From contig JAAOMT010000104.1 of assembly GCA_016748015.1 (NCBI GenBank), positions 1-62,288 on the forward strand: DNA of 62,288 nt, read 5' to 3'. Shown one piece after another: positions 28,692 through 42,324 of the stretch; the first letter of the stretch is position 1; each line of letters starts with the position of its first letter. This DNA comes from Geosiphon pyriformis uo1. Taxonomy: Eukaryota > Fungi > Glomeromycota. The position numbers were made by a program, and so were the translations under genes. The notes beneath the pieces are model-generated. The model searched no databases and was not told the origin of the DNA. It was given only the letters and a program-made list of their open reading frames with translations.

Positions 28692-28875
28692 AGCACATTG
28701 CTCAGCAATATAGAGCAATGTCAGAAATCATGGCACATTGCTCAGCAATGTGGAGCAATGTCAGAAAGCATGGCACATTGCTCAGCAATGTGGAGCAATG
28801 TTAGAAAATTAGGGCACATTGTTCAGCAATGTGAGCATTGCTCAAGAAATCATAGCATATTGCTTGAGAATGTGA
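28692..28875 (+). repeat. 40-bp tandem enhancer-like array with palindrome CACATTGCT-C-AGCAATGTG in the Y LTR
   Basis: GCACATTG recurs at 28693, 28733, 28773 and ~28814; upstream of TATATATAGC. Confidence 0.88.
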
Positions 28876-29105
28876 ACAATCTCATAAAACATCAATTATG
28901 TATATATAGCAGTAACGTTAGAAGTAGAAAGAAGAGAATCCATCAGTAAGAAATCTTCCATATTACAAATATCAATAAATAATTATTCACTATCCTAATC
29001 TACTCTCCACTATCAACATCTCATGTTGATAAAAATTGATACTTAACCACACTGAAACAATAGCTTTTGATCATGGTTATTGACAGAATACTAACTTGTA
29101 AATGT

Positions 29106-29962
29106 TGTTACAGGTGATTCTTTGTGGTGTTAAGTGAATAACAAACCCATAACTTAGTGCACAAAGTGATTAGTGATGATAATAATCTGAAGGTATTTTA
29201 TCTGAAGGTTTTCAATCAAGTTCTTTGTATAATGGACAGAGATTTAATGGTAACAGTCTATCAGTAGTTTCTTGAAACTGTAGTTTCATTGATTACTTGT
29301 TCAGCTTGATGGTTGATGATTTTCCTGGTACAATATCCTCCATAAGTGTATACCAGTACTGTTTCCTGACGTCAGTTTCTCTGTAAGTCCTCCAAAAGTA
29401 AGTTTATTCCTTCATAAGTTTTCCAAGAGTAAATCTTTTAATCAAGTTAGTAGACAACAAAGAAAATAAAAAAAGATAAAAGAGAAAAATAAGAAATAAG
29501 CCAAGACAATTTGCAAGTTAGTATCCCGTCAATAGTCATGATTAAGAGCTATTGTTCCAGTATGGTTAAGTATCAGTTACTATCAACATAAAGTGTTGAT
29601 AGTAAAGAGTGAATTTGATATAGTGAATAATTATTTATTTGAGAATTGTGGTAACTAAGCTAAAAATTCTTGGTGTTTTTTTCTGCTTCTAATGCTACTG
29701 CTATATATACATATTTGAGATTTCTCAATTCCTCAATTTCTTGTAACAGGAATCCTGGAATTCTTGGAATCCTGCGATTCCTGTTAAGAGGAATCCTGGA
29801 ATTCTGGAATCCTGCGATTCCTTGTTGGAGAATTCTAAAATTCCTGGAATCCTGCAATTCCTTTGAGAAGAATCTTGGAATTCCATATTTACTATGTCTA
29901 CACCTGATTGGCTAATATCTACTGACTAATAATACTATATTTTCTATATTCTATAAGTAATA
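29106..29962 (-). repeat. 3' LTR of Z
   Basis: Direct repeat of 47720-48591; GGAATYC array at ~29716-29884. Confidence 0.95.
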
Positions 29963-29975
29963 TTATTCCCTCCTT

Positions 29976-30604
29976 TTAATATTGAGCTCCATTGAAATCT
30001 AATTCTTTTAATTCCTCTTCTTGAATTATTTCTTGAACTTCTTTTTCGAGTATTACTTGTGTTATTTTAGTTTGTAGTCTTCAAATTGGGCATTGGTCAT
30101 TTTTCCCAATTGATTACTCGTAACTATATCTATTGCTGTGTTGAGTAAGATTTTTGGTCAGTCCTGAAATCCTATATATAGCCAGTAAATAGCTTGAGCT
30201 TGTGTAGTTAGATTGTTTTTTCTCACAAATTGTTCTAGTTGTCTCAGTATTGTTGTGTCAAATAACCATTTTGTTTTGTCAGTGTACAAATTCTGGATAT
30301 TTACGTGTTGTCTCAAGTGAAAATGACAATAGTTTTTCAGAAATTGTTGCATTCACCAAGTTCAAGTTTCTCTGGTAAGTTCTTGGTATAATCCAACTAT
30401 TTGTTGTTCTTTTATAGCCAATTTTATCTTGGTCATGATCTTGTCAACAACATTTTTAAGTCTTTTCTGTGCTTTGTTTTGTGGTATCTTTGCCATATTT
30501 TTGTAATGAATAGTTTGTTGATTGATTGTAATTTCCATCTCTTGGTGTTAGATTAATTGAAAAATTTGTTGGGCTAGTGAATGGATATTGTCCATAATTT
30601 CCAT
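29976..30604 (-). pseudogene. ORF3 of Z
   Basis: Close to X ORF3 (MEI.DNI...DFNGAQY*), disrupted. Confidence 0.85.
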
Positions 30605-30657
30605 TTTTCTGATTTCTTCTGTCGCGTTGACCATGTTTTTATATATTCTTTTGTCGA

Positions 30658-32040
30658 TCAATTGGATGTGTTGTTGTTAATGATAATGATTGGTTCCAAA
30701 TCTCATGGAATCTTATCTGGTTGGACTAGTATTCTCTGTACTTCTAATTGTAGAATATTACTGATGGATGATGATGCTATATAGTGGTATGGTTTCAGTC
30801 AATCTCTATGTGCTGCTTTGGTCAAGATTTTGTTATTCAATCTTAATTTGTACACTCTATTTCCTAGAATTTCTTCTATATGAAATGGTTCATTCCATTT
30901 GGAGTCAAATTTTCTATTCCATTGTTTTTCTACTTTGGTACAATGTAGTAGTACTTTGTCTCCAATTTTGAATTCAACTGGTTTATCTAGTAGTTGGTTA
31001 TCATGTCTTTTTTTTTGTTTCTCTTGTGACCTTTGTATGTTATCAGCTGCTCTTCATTATTTGTTTTCTAATGTTTCCATTAAGTCATATGTTTTTTTCA
31101 GCAATGTTTCTTGAAAATTTTCTTTTGTTATTTGTTCAGCTAGATATGTATTAATTTTTCTCTCTACTGGTAATGTTGTTGTTCTCCCATACACTAATTC
31201 AAATAGTGTTGCTTGTGTAGTATCTTGCTTCATTGTATGATAAGCAAATAGTACTGATGGTATCAACAAATCCCAATCGTTCTGGTTTTTTTGGCTGAGC
31301 TTAGCTATTGCTTCACACAATGTTCTGTTGAATCTTTTGACTAATCCGTTGGTTTGTGGATGGTATGGTGATAATAGTAGTCTCTTAATTCCGAATTTTT
31401 GGCTCAATTCTGTTAATGTTCTGTTCACAAAATGAGTTCCTTGGTCTGATAATAATTCTTTTGGACATCCATGTTGACAAATTAAATCTTGATGAATGAA
31501 TTTGGCAACAGATTCTGCATTTACTCTTTGAATTGCTTTCGTCTCTGGTCATTTAGTGAGATAGTCTATGGCTACTGCTATGTATCTGTTTCCTTCGCTG
31601 GTGATTGTTAATGGTCTAATTAAATTAATTCCAATACGGTTGAATGGTTGTTCCACTTTGATTGGTCTTAATGGTTCACTGGGTTTCATACTTCCTCTTT
31701 GCTAACAAGCATCACAATTTTGAATGTATTGGATGATGTCTAGATACATTAATAGCCAATAATATCTTTTTCTGGTTCTTTTCATGGTTGCTTCTTTGTG
31801 AAAATGTCCTGCTGTTAGATTTGAGTGCATGTTGAATAATATTGTCTCTTTTTCTGGCTCTGTAATTACTCTGGTTGGTTGCTCTAGATCTCTTCTATTT
31901 TTCCAATAAAGTATATTTTGGTGAGTGATAAAATATTTTGATTGTTGTTTAATACTCTTTTATTCCATTTGAAATAATTTCTCTTTGAATTGTTGAGTAT
32001 CTATATAATGTTAAAGTTGTTGATATTTTTGTATGTTCAT
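30658..32040 (-). pseudogene. Stand-alone integrase ORF of Z
   Basis: ATG at 32040 (MNIQKY); YHPQTNGLV; different frame from RH. Confidence 0.88.
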
Positions 32041-32102
32041 TTTTTGTTATATTTTTTGTTGGTATTGTTTTGGTTTTGTTATATTTTTGGGTTAAAATAT
32101 TC

Positions 32103-33661
32103 TTAGATTTGTCTTATTCACAACAAACCGTCAGCATTTCTATTGTCTTTTTCTTTTTTGTAATGTATAGTATAATTGTATGGTGCGAGTGCCATTTTCC
32201 ATCTTGACTGTTTTCTATCTCCAAATTCTTGTTTTTGAAGTAATGTTAATCCTTTGTGATCTGTGTATACTTCAAACTTCTGGCTCAAGTATTCTTTCCA
32301 TTTCATGACTGTCCAGTATATTGCTAAGTGTTCTTGTTCTGGTGTTCCATAGTTTTTTTCGGCTGGTGTTAAATCTCTACTGGTATATGCTACTGAATGT
32401 TCTCTGCCATCTGGTCCTCTTTGAGATAGTACTGCTTCCAATGCTTGGCCGGATGCATTGGTGATGATGATGAATGGTTTGCTGTAATCTGAATAGATCA
32501 GTACTGGAGCTTGAATGAGCTTTCTTTTCAGAATATCAAAAGCTTTTTGTTGACTTTCTGTTCATTCATATTTTGTATTCTTGGTTTGCAGTTGGTTGAG
32601 TGGCTGCACTATCTTGGAAAAGTTCTTGATAAAACGTCGATAGTAGCTGGCGAATCCCAAGAATGATTTCAGTTCTGTCATATTGGTCAGTATTGGAAAG
32701 TTTTTTACTATCTCTATTTTCTCTGGATCTGTTTTGATGCCGTCTTTGCTGACTATGTGTCCCAAGAATTTTAGTTCTGTCTTGCCAAAGAAGTACTTTG
32801 TTGCATTTAACTTTAGTTCTGTTCTTTTTAGTCTTTTGAACACTTGTTGATGATAATAAAGATGATCATCAAATGTTTTTGAGAATACATTGGTGTTGTC
32901 CAAGTATACAACTACTAATTTTCACAATAAGCCAGTATAAACAATTTCTATTAGCCATTGGAAAGTTGCTAGGGCATTAGTTAAGCCGAATGGCATTACT
33001 TCAAATTCGAAATTCCCTTCTCTTATGGTGAATGCTGTTTTCTCTTTGTTGGCTGGATCCATGGCTACTTGCCAGTAACCACTGTCCAGATCTAATGTTA
33101 AAAACCATTTGTTTTCACTGAAAGTGTCGAATAATTCTTGGATCCATGGAGTGGGGTAGTTATCTCCACAAGTTACTCTATTGAGTTTTCTATAATCCAC
33201 ACAAAAGCAAATTTTCCTATTTTTTTTTTGGACAAGTACCATTGGTAATAACCATAGGCTCATTGATAGCTGAATTAGCCCATTGTCAAGCATTCGGTTT
33301 ATCTCTTAACAGATAATTTAGTGGCTAGCTGGTGGTATTTTATATGCTCTTTGTTTAATTGGCATTGCATCTCCAGTTTTGATCTGATGCTGGATGATGT
33401 TAGTTTGGCCAAACTCATTTTTGCTGGCAAAGATGTTGTTGTAATTGTTGAACAACATCTTAAGTTTTATACGTTGGAGTGGATCTAAGTTTCCCATGTT
33501 TATTTGTTCCAATTGTTCTGGTTGGAGCAAATAACATTTGCTTTGTCCATATATTGTTTGTGATGTGATATCGACATATCTACAAAGCTGTGAAAAGTCT
33601 GGAATGGTGCTTAGTGGTTAATCCTCTATTTCAGTGCTTAAGTATTCAATGATGGTTTCAG
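32103..33661 (-). pseudogene. pol: Z ORF1 3' part: RT and RNase H
   Basis: CFCVDYRKLN, LDLDSGYWQ, MPFGLTNA, YTDHKGL. Confidence 0.92.
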
Positions 33662-34232
33662 TGTTATGGTTTAAGAATTTAGCAAAAAGAATCATAAAAA
33701 TAATACAAACTATTCAATCATAATATAGTGCAGTAATAATCTTAGAAAGGTAATGATTAACATAGTAGCAAACACCATCTCGCAATAGTGGCAAGCACCA
33801 GTTCACAATAGCAGTCAACACCAACTGGTGATAGCAGCAAACACCAGGTTGAAATATCAAAAAGAAAGTATTACAATGTGCTTTCTTGTAGAACTACAAA
33901 CATGTATATATACAGTAGTTTTAATATTGGGAAAAAAACAATCAAGTAATAAAAATCATAACTTATCAAGCAATAGATCCAATNNNNNNNNNNNNNNNNN
34001 NNNNNNNNNNNNNNNNNNNNNNNNNNNNNNNNNNCAGCCTCTGAGAAGAAGTACATAAACACACACAACAATCAGGAATTGAAGAATAACTTACATCGCA
34101 ACATTAAAAAAAAAGCCTTCAGTATAACAGTGACATTATCACACAAATAGAATTAAGGAACTCACGAAAGACTGATTGCAATTAAAACGAGACATCAGCA
34201 ATTAAATATAACAAGAAAACCATCCCGTAACA
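33662..34232 (+). repeat. 5' LTR of W with 4 x 23-bp repeats (33762-33853)
   Basis: TGTTATGG...CGTAACA; the 51-N gap stands for ~356 bp that are present in the 3' LTR. Confidence 0.9.
33984..34034. other. Assembly gap
   Basis: Run of N. Confidence 0.99.
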
Positions 34233-34314
34233 TTTGGTGAACCCTATGAGAAAAGAAAATCAAAAAGGAAATAATAATTAGCAATAATTCATTGCTAAAA
34301 AGGAAGAGACAAAA

Positions 34315-37300
34315 GTGGCGACAAAAACCCCTAATCTTACTGTTCTTAAATTCTGCTGTGCTATTTACACACAAAATCAAAGTGATCTTGGATTACCAAA
34401 AGAGTGTTGTTCAGCAGAATTTGCCCTCACTTATTATATCAATGCCAGAATAAATTATCATATAGGAAAGGAAGAAGAACCACATGACACAAAACTTGGA
34501 TTGTATAGAGAATTATCACAATACACTACAAAAGAAGTAGCAGTAATAGCTGCAACTATTGTCAAAATCCATCAAGAAATTGAGCAATATGCCAACGAAA
34601 ATTTTCTAATATCCACAGGAAACACTAGGGAACATGCCAACAAAACCAAAAAAAATTTAGAAACTAATCAGGAAAGTAACCAGCAAAAACTAGGAACACC
34701 AGCTTAAACACCAAAAAAAACTGTCACTTAATCAATAAAGAAACAATGTATTTATTCACCAGAAGATAAATCATACTATTTTTCACCAGAAAATAAGATA
34801 CAAATTCCATTAAGAGCTGCATCATCATCAACATCAACTCCACAAATGCCAAGAACTCCTAGTTATACTGATAAAATTAAACAATGTAACTGGAGAGACA
34901 TACCAATTACAGGAGGATATTCATCACTATTCCAAAACCCTCTTTTTCAGCCAAAATTTAGAATAGGGTTTGAAAACTGTGAAGAGAAGTCTGAATCGGA
35001 ATCCAAAAAAGAGACCAATGAAAAAACAATCACAAGACCAGTTACTGGAACAAGCAGCCAGTCCAGAAACCAAGAAACTTATGATTAAGAGGAAAAACTA
35101 GATATAAGGGAAGCCACCTTTAGGAATGCTCAAGAAAATATCATCATATCTCCTCTTAGACCAATAAGCCCACCAGCAGAAAACGGCAACAAAATGACCA
35201 CACCATACATTGCAAGACTAACAGATTTCTCAGGAGAGGAAGAAGAAATGGACGTGTACACATGGCTCAGAAAAGCACAAAAAGCCATCCAGGCAAATAA
35301 CTGGAACAACCAAAGAGCAATTCAAACATTACCTTTCTTCCTGAAAGGCACAGCTGACTTGTGGTATCAAAGTCTGGAAACAAAACCCATGAGCTTTGCT
35401 GAATTTAAAAATGCACTCCTGGAGTATTTTAGCAACTCAAACACCATAATCCAACTACAGAACAAATTGAATACTATCAAGCAAAATACCAGTGAAACTG
35501 TTACCCAATACCTTGCTCGATTCAATCAAATTTGCCATCAGATTGAAGTGATTGAACAAGGATACTACACTGATCCTCAGGTTTTAAATCAGTTTATTAG
35601 AGGATTAAAAAGCAGCATTTTAGGAAAAGTACACCCTGCCCACCCTAATTCCTTACTAGAAGCCATTACACTTGCCAGAGCCCTTGAATCGGCTAAGAAA
35701 AAAGCTAACCATAGTCAAATGGTTAACATGATAATGGAGAAAAATAAGACAGAAACATTAGAGAAAAGAGTAATCCAATTAGGGAAAGAACTCTCTAAGA
35801 AAATAGAAAGTTACCTCATCCCAGATCTGAGAAAAAATACATACCAACCACCCCAAAAACACAGCCAGGAAGTCAGCAACAGTTGAAATAATTGCTCGTC
35901 ACGCCAGGAATTCAGAACAGAAATGCGTGTCTGCCATTTTTGCAAATGCGTAGGACATTTAATTAGTCAATGTTGAACACGAATAATACAGGAAGCATGC
36001 AAAAATAATTACTACATGCCACCCCAAATGCCCAGAAACCAGTACATGCCAATACCATGCCAATATCCCACCACATATCAAAATCAAGGAGCTTACCAGC
36101 AACAGCCCATGATAGCCAACCCGAATTGGCGTCCTGAGGCCCAAAATCAGCTCATATAGAACCAGAACGCATTGGTCCAGAGGAATCCAAACTGCGCCAA
36201 AACCAATCAGCAAACCAATCCAAACTACCAAAATTATCAACAAACTTACCTTAATATACCAGAAAATCTGATCATCGGAAATAATGATGGTAGAAACATA
36301 AACAGAACCAAGAATTCCTCCAACAAATTGAGCCAGACAATACCACCAGCAGTTGCTACCGAAGATAGCAGTCTCGCAGCTATTTTTCTTTTTGAATTAG
36401 AGAAAAATGAGGCTATGTTCAGTGGAGCAGCATTGGATGAAAAACACCCAATCACTGCTATGTATACGGAAGCCACTGTAAACAATACCCCAATCAAATT
36501 TATCTTAGACAGTGGATCCGCTGGAAGCATCGTAATGCTTCAACTAGTAAACCAACTGGGTTTCAAAGTTGATCATGCTGCGACGTCCCAAATCATAACA
36601 GTCGATGGAAGTACAAAGCTGCCTCATGGTGAAATCGACTCATTTCCTTTCGAAATTAACAGCATAATAATACCTACAAAAGTATTAGTAATGGATGCTA
36701 CACAATATCAAGTGTTAGTAGGGAATGACTGGCTAACAAAAGCCAATGCCACCCTAGACTGGACCACCCAAGAGCTTCTGATCAATTATAATGGCCACCA
36801 GGCCAAAATTCCAGCCACCTGTGGCCACTTCCAAAAACCCAGCATCAACTAAAGACCTACCTTTGAATTTGAGGAAAATCCAGCACTACCAGCAATCAAA
36901 ACCTATCAGCTCTCTTGGGCTGATGACCAAAGAACAGGACTACCAGCCGTACCAACGTGGACCAGCAAAGAAAGATCCAAATAGAACCAGGTAAGTTCAC
37001 AAAGAAACCACCAGCAATGCAGACCAAAGCTAGAATGCTCAGTTTGCAAGAAAAAACTCTCATCTATGACTGTGTGCAGTGCACCAGACAAAGACCCAAG
37101 AAACCCCACCCACTACTATTGTAACCATTGTAACAAAGAAAAATATGGTTATCCAGAAAGACATGGAAAATGGAACAAGAAACTGTGCCTCGCTTGTGGA
37201 GAACTGTTACCAAGAGGGTGCAACTAGAACGACATACTAGGCAGAGGAGGAACATGTGACATAATTTGCCAATACATGATTCTCATCTGTGACTGGGTAA

Positions 37301-40026
37301 GAAGAGGAATACTGTTCGAAGCAGCATTTAACAGAGCGTTAAAAAGACTACAGCACTACTCACACGACAAGAACGAATTGTACAATACCACACAAGCCAA
37401 AGTAAGAGGAGGAACCACCAAAAAAATATGATGTTGGAAAGAGTCAGCCAAAGTAGCCAATGAAGTCACCAGTTACAACATGTTCGACCCAGTAGACAAA
37501 TTCCAGGACTACTATCAACAATTATGCCTTACTTGACAAGAGCAAGAACAATACCTCACCCAAATCAATACTTACCTCTGTAAAAACTGTCTCATCCTGT
37601 GCCAATATCAGTGCTATGAAGAGTGTCAAAATGAAAGGGGCTTAGAAAGAAAAATGGAAATTGAGAATCAGCAGTCTCAAAATCAATCAATAAATCAACA
37701 AGACTCACCTGACAGTCCCAAGTCAGAAAAATTTGTAGCCTATACCGACCTAGAACAGGTGACCGACATCTAATACTTTGACAATGGGCACTTAGGAATA
37801 ATACCCAAAAGAGCCCATCCAACTAACGCCGGATTTGATCTATGTTATTCAGAAGACCAATCCACAATGTTACCATTCAGGAGTATCACCAAAATCGACC
37901 TAAAAATAGTGGTTGAAATTCTGCCAGGAATAATGGTTCAAATAGTGTTGCGATCAAGCCTCGCGAAAAAAGGAATAAGTGTTCAAGGAGGAGTAATTGA
38001 CTCCGGATACACTGGAAATTTGATGATTTTGCTACAGAACAATTCAAAAAAGCCTTATATCATTGAATCTAAGGAAAAGATTGCACAAGCAATTTTTCTA
38101 CCATTGGTAAAAATTGGGAAATTTGTGTCAGTGGAAAATCGTGAGGAATTGTCACAAACAACAAGAGGAACTTTTGGTTTCGGATTAACAGGAAAAGGAA
38201 TTGAAGCAAATTTTGCTAAAACAATAGAGGAAAAAGGCAAAGTAATTAAAAATGAGCAGTCTATCACACTCCTACCATATAGAAAATCAGAAATAAGAAT
38301 AAAAAAGACAATTAAAGAAAAAGACTTAATATTTGAGTCCTACCCAAAAACTTGCCAACAGTTTCTTATAAGACTTACTAACCTTTTTATTCCAGCTGAT
38401 AAAGCTCAATGGATAAAAATTCCTATTGCAAACACCACAGAAAAACCCATCTACATTCTGGAAGATACCATTATTAGATACCTCAGAACAGAGCTAGAAA
38501 ATGCATTAACACCACAAGAAATTCTAAATTTCCCAGAAATTGCCTTCTACTGTGAACTCACTTCAATAAATTGACAACAACTGTTAGAATGCTATCAATT
38601 TACGCCAGAAGAATTGGCCAAATTAAACATTGGAACAATGGATCCTGACCAACAGCAACAATTAAAAGCATTAATTTTAAAATACTCTGATATATTTTCA
38701 CAAAGTGGTGAATTTGGAAGAACCAACTTGGTTCAACACCAAATTCCCACTGGAGACGCCAGACCTGAAAAACAATGCACTTACCGTGTCCCACCAATAA
38801 AGCATAATTTTATCAGAAAAGAAGTCCAAAGCATGTTGGAAAAAGGAATAATACAACCATCAATGAGCCCATGGTCCTTAACAGTTGTTTTAGTAAGGAA
38901 AAAGAATGGAAAAATTAGATTTTGCGTCAACTATCGCAAACTAAACAGCAAAACAACCAAAGACTCATACCCAATACTGTTAATTGACAAAATCTTTGAC
39001 GTTTTTGGAAGAGCAAAATGGTTTTCTATACTGGACTTGACCAGTGGATACTGGCAAATGGAAATGGATCCAAAGGACAGGCATAAAACAGCATTCACAA
39101 CACAAAATGGCAATTATGAGTTCAATGTAATGCCATTTGGATTAACAAACGCTCCCACGACATTCCAAAGACTAATGGACGTAATTTACTCCAGAATCCT
39201 GTGGCAATCTGTTGTTGTCTACTTGGATGATACAAATGTTTTCTCGTCAAAATTCACGGATCATCTCCAACATTTACAACAAGTTTTTGAGAGATTGAGA
39301 CACGCTGGACTTAAACTAAATCTAGAAAAATGTTTTTTTGGGAAAAATGAGCTAGCATTTTTAGGACATGTAGTTGGAAAAGATGGAATAAAACCAGATC
39401 CATTAAAAATAGACAAAGTGAAAAATTTTCCAGTACCTCAAAACGTTTCAGAAGTTAGAAGCTTTTTAGAACTCGCATCTTACTACCACCACTTTGTAGA
39501 AAACTTTTCAAACATCGCCAAATCTCTTAATTACCTACTATCCAAAAATGTGAAGTTTGAATGGACTGAAGCACAACAAAAAGCTTTTGAGTACCTTAGA
39601 TAAAAGCTCATTGAATCACCAATAATGATCTATCCAAATTTCAACAAGAAATTCATTTTGGCCACAGATGCCTCTGGAACTGGACTTGAAATCATTCTGT
39701 TACAAAAAAATGATAATGAAAGTGAACGTGTAATTGCTTATGCCAGCAGAAGTCTCAGTATGGCAGAACAAAACTATGCAGCACATGAACTTGAATGCTT
39801 AGCAGTAGTCTGGAGTTGTGTTTACTTTGACACATATTTATGGTACTAACCCTTTGAGATTACAACAGATCATAGAAGTCTGGTCTGGTTAAATAACAAG
39901 AAAGTGCTAAAAAGAAAATACACCAAATGGTCACAAATGTTAGCACCATACAATTATATTATTAAATACAAAGAAGGTACCAAAAATGCTAATGCTGACT
40001 GTTTGTCAAGAATGAGATACACATAA
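34315..40026 (+). pseudogene. W ORF1: N-extension, Gag, CCHC, protease, Cys-rich, dUTPase, dUTPase-like, RT, RNase H in one frame
   Basis: ORFs starting at 34315, 34846, 35194, 36172, 37867, 38614 and 39625 share a frame and are split only by point stops; CHFCKCVGHLISQC, ILDSGS, YLDD, LATDAS. Confidence 0.93.
37795..38193 (+). pseudogene. dut: dUTPase domain of W
   Basis: All five trimeric-dUTPase motifs: AGFDL, RSSLA, GGVIDSGYTG, KIAQ, RGTFGFGLTG. Confidence 0.95.
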
Positions 40027-40055
40027 AAATCACCAACCCACCCACCACAACAACA

Positions 40056-41435
40056 ATGAACAATCACCTTTACAAAAACCTCAGCCAATACTTGGAAACA
40101 CTACAAATAAACAAAGAAATGCCAGTAAAAGAGCTAATTAAGCTCCAAAAATTAGCAAAACACTATTTCATCCAAAATCACATACTTTATTACTGGAATT
40201 GACAAAATTCAGATAATTTATTAAGAGTTATAACCACGGATGAAAAAGAAACTATCTTATTTAACATGCACTCAGATATTTATTCAGACCACTTTGGAAA
40301 AACAGCAACCATCCAACGTGCAACTAGCCATTACTATTGGCCAAAAATGAGTTCAGACATAATCCAATACATAAGAAATTATGACTCATGCCAACAAAGA
40401 GGAGGAGCAAAAACAACAGAATTATTAAGACCAATAAAAGTTGGACAGCCATTTGACAGAATCAGAATTGATTTAGTTGAACCCTTACCAATAACAACAA
40501 GAAACAACCATTATATTGCAGTAGCCATGGATTATCTCACCAAATGGCCAGAAGCTAGAGCTATTAAAACAGCTGATGCTATTTCTGTAGCTCAATTCAT
40601 ACATAAAGACTTAATTTGCTGACATGGATGTCCACAAGAATTGCTATCAGATCAAGGCACACACTTCGTAAACAGCACCTTAAAAGAACTTTGCCAAAAA
40701 TTTGGAATCAAGTGATCACTGTCATCATCATACCACCCTCAAACAAATGGATTAGTTGAAAGATTTAATCGCACATTATGCAAATCACTGGTGAAAATTA
40801 GTAATGAACATGAAAAAGAATGAGATTTGTTCATACCAGCAGTACTACTAGCATATAGAACAGTAAAACAAGATACTACACAATTCACACCGTTTGAACT
40901 AGTTTATGAAAGAAAAGCCACATTACCAGTTGAACTTACTATCCCAACTTATCCAAGTGACACTATCACGGAAGCAACATTTTAGGAAACACTACTTAGA
41001 AGAACATACAAATTAATAGGAACTTTAGAAAACAAAAGAAGAAAAGCAGCACAAAATATTAAACAATCACAAGAACAACAAAAAGTGAGACATAATAACC
41101 AGTTACCAGATAATATAATTAGCTACAAAATTGGAGATAAAGTATTGTTGCATCATACAAAAATGGAAAAACAATAGAGTGGAAAATTTGATCACAAGTG
41201 GAATGGACTATTTTATATTTACAAAATACTTAGAAATGGAGCATACAAGCTAAAACTAGATAATAAAATATTAAGAAAAGCAGCACATGGTAACCGGCTG
41301 AAATTCTATTACAGTAAACCAGTAATAACAACAAAAACACCCAGAATTGAAACACAATTACCTTTAATTCTACCAGAACAAATTCCACGAGATTTAAAAC
41401 CAATAGTTTTAATTGAACATTATTCAAAAAGATAA
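40056..41435 (+). pseudogene. Stand-alone integrase ORF of W
   Basis: ATG 29 nt after the RH stop, different frame; H..H..C zinc region, FDRIRIDLV, YHPQTNGLVERFN. Confidence 0.92.
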
Positions 41436-41519
41436 TTAATCTTAGATCACAGCAAAAATGATTTAACAACCATAAAAACGCATGCAAAAGATTCCAAAAT
41501 AGCAGTCAAAATTAAAACA

Positions 41520-41582
41520 ATGATACTTATTCCAGAAAACATCAACAATATAACTCAACAATTAGTTGAAAGCTTACAACAA
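41520..41582 (+). CDS. Start of W ORF3 (rest in gap)
   Basis: MILIPENINNITQQLVESLQQ matches the ORF3 N-terminal motif. Confidence 0.65.
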
Positions 41583-42324
41583 NNNNNNNNNNNNNNNNNN
41601 NNNNNNNNNNNNNNNNNNNNNNNNNNNNNNNNNNNNNNNNNNNNNNNNNNNNNNNNNNNNNNNNNNNNNNNNNNNNNNNNNNNNNNNNNNNNNNNNNNNN
41701 NNNNNNNNNNNNNNNNNNNNNNNNNNNNNNNNNNNNNNNNNNNNNNNNNNNNNNNNNNNNNNNNNNNNNNNNNNNNNNNNNNNNNNNNNNNNNNNNNNNN
41801 NNNNNNNNNNNNNNNNNNNNNNNNNNNNNNNNNNNNNNNNNNNNNNNNNNNNNNNNNNNNNNNNNNNNNNNNNNNNNNNNNNNNNNNNNNNNNNNNNNNN
41901 NNNNNNNNNNNNNNNNNNNNNNNNNNNNNNNNNNNNNNNNNNNNNNNNNNNNNNNNNNNNNNNNNNNNNNNNNNNNNNNNNNNNNNNNNNNNNNNNNNNN
42001 NNNNNNNNNNNNNNNNNNNNNNNNNNNNNNNNNNNNNNNNNNNNNNNNNNNNNNNNNNNNNNNNNNNNNNNNNNNNNNNNNNNNNNNNNNNNNNNNNNNN
42101 NNNNNNNNNNNNNNNNNNNNNNNNNNNNNNNNNNNNNNNNNNNNNNNNNNNNNNNNNNNNNNNNNNNNNNNNNNNNNNNNNNNNNNNNNNNNNNNNNNNN
42201 NNNNNNNNNNNNNNNNNNNNNNNNNNNNNNNNNNNNNNNNNNNNNNNNNNNNNNNNNNNNNNNNNNNNNNNNNNNNNNNNNNNNNNNNNNNNNNNNNNNN
42301 NNNNNNNNNNNNNNNNNNNNNNNN
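41583..42324. other. Assembly gap (hides W ORF3, PPT and start of the 3' LTR)
   Basis: Run of N. Confidence 0.99.

Noticed and set aside
28692-28875. Palindromic 40-bp repeats as a CRISPR array
   Set aside because: Tandem units without unique spacers, located inside an LTR, with no cas genes.
29660-29915. Repetitive ORFs in LTRs (29660-29915, 28698-28949)
   Set aside because: By-products of stop-poor tandem enhancer repeats.
37795-38193. dUTPase as a host housekeeping gene
   Set aside because: Intronless, in frame within the retroelement ORF1, and repeated at the same position in five copies.
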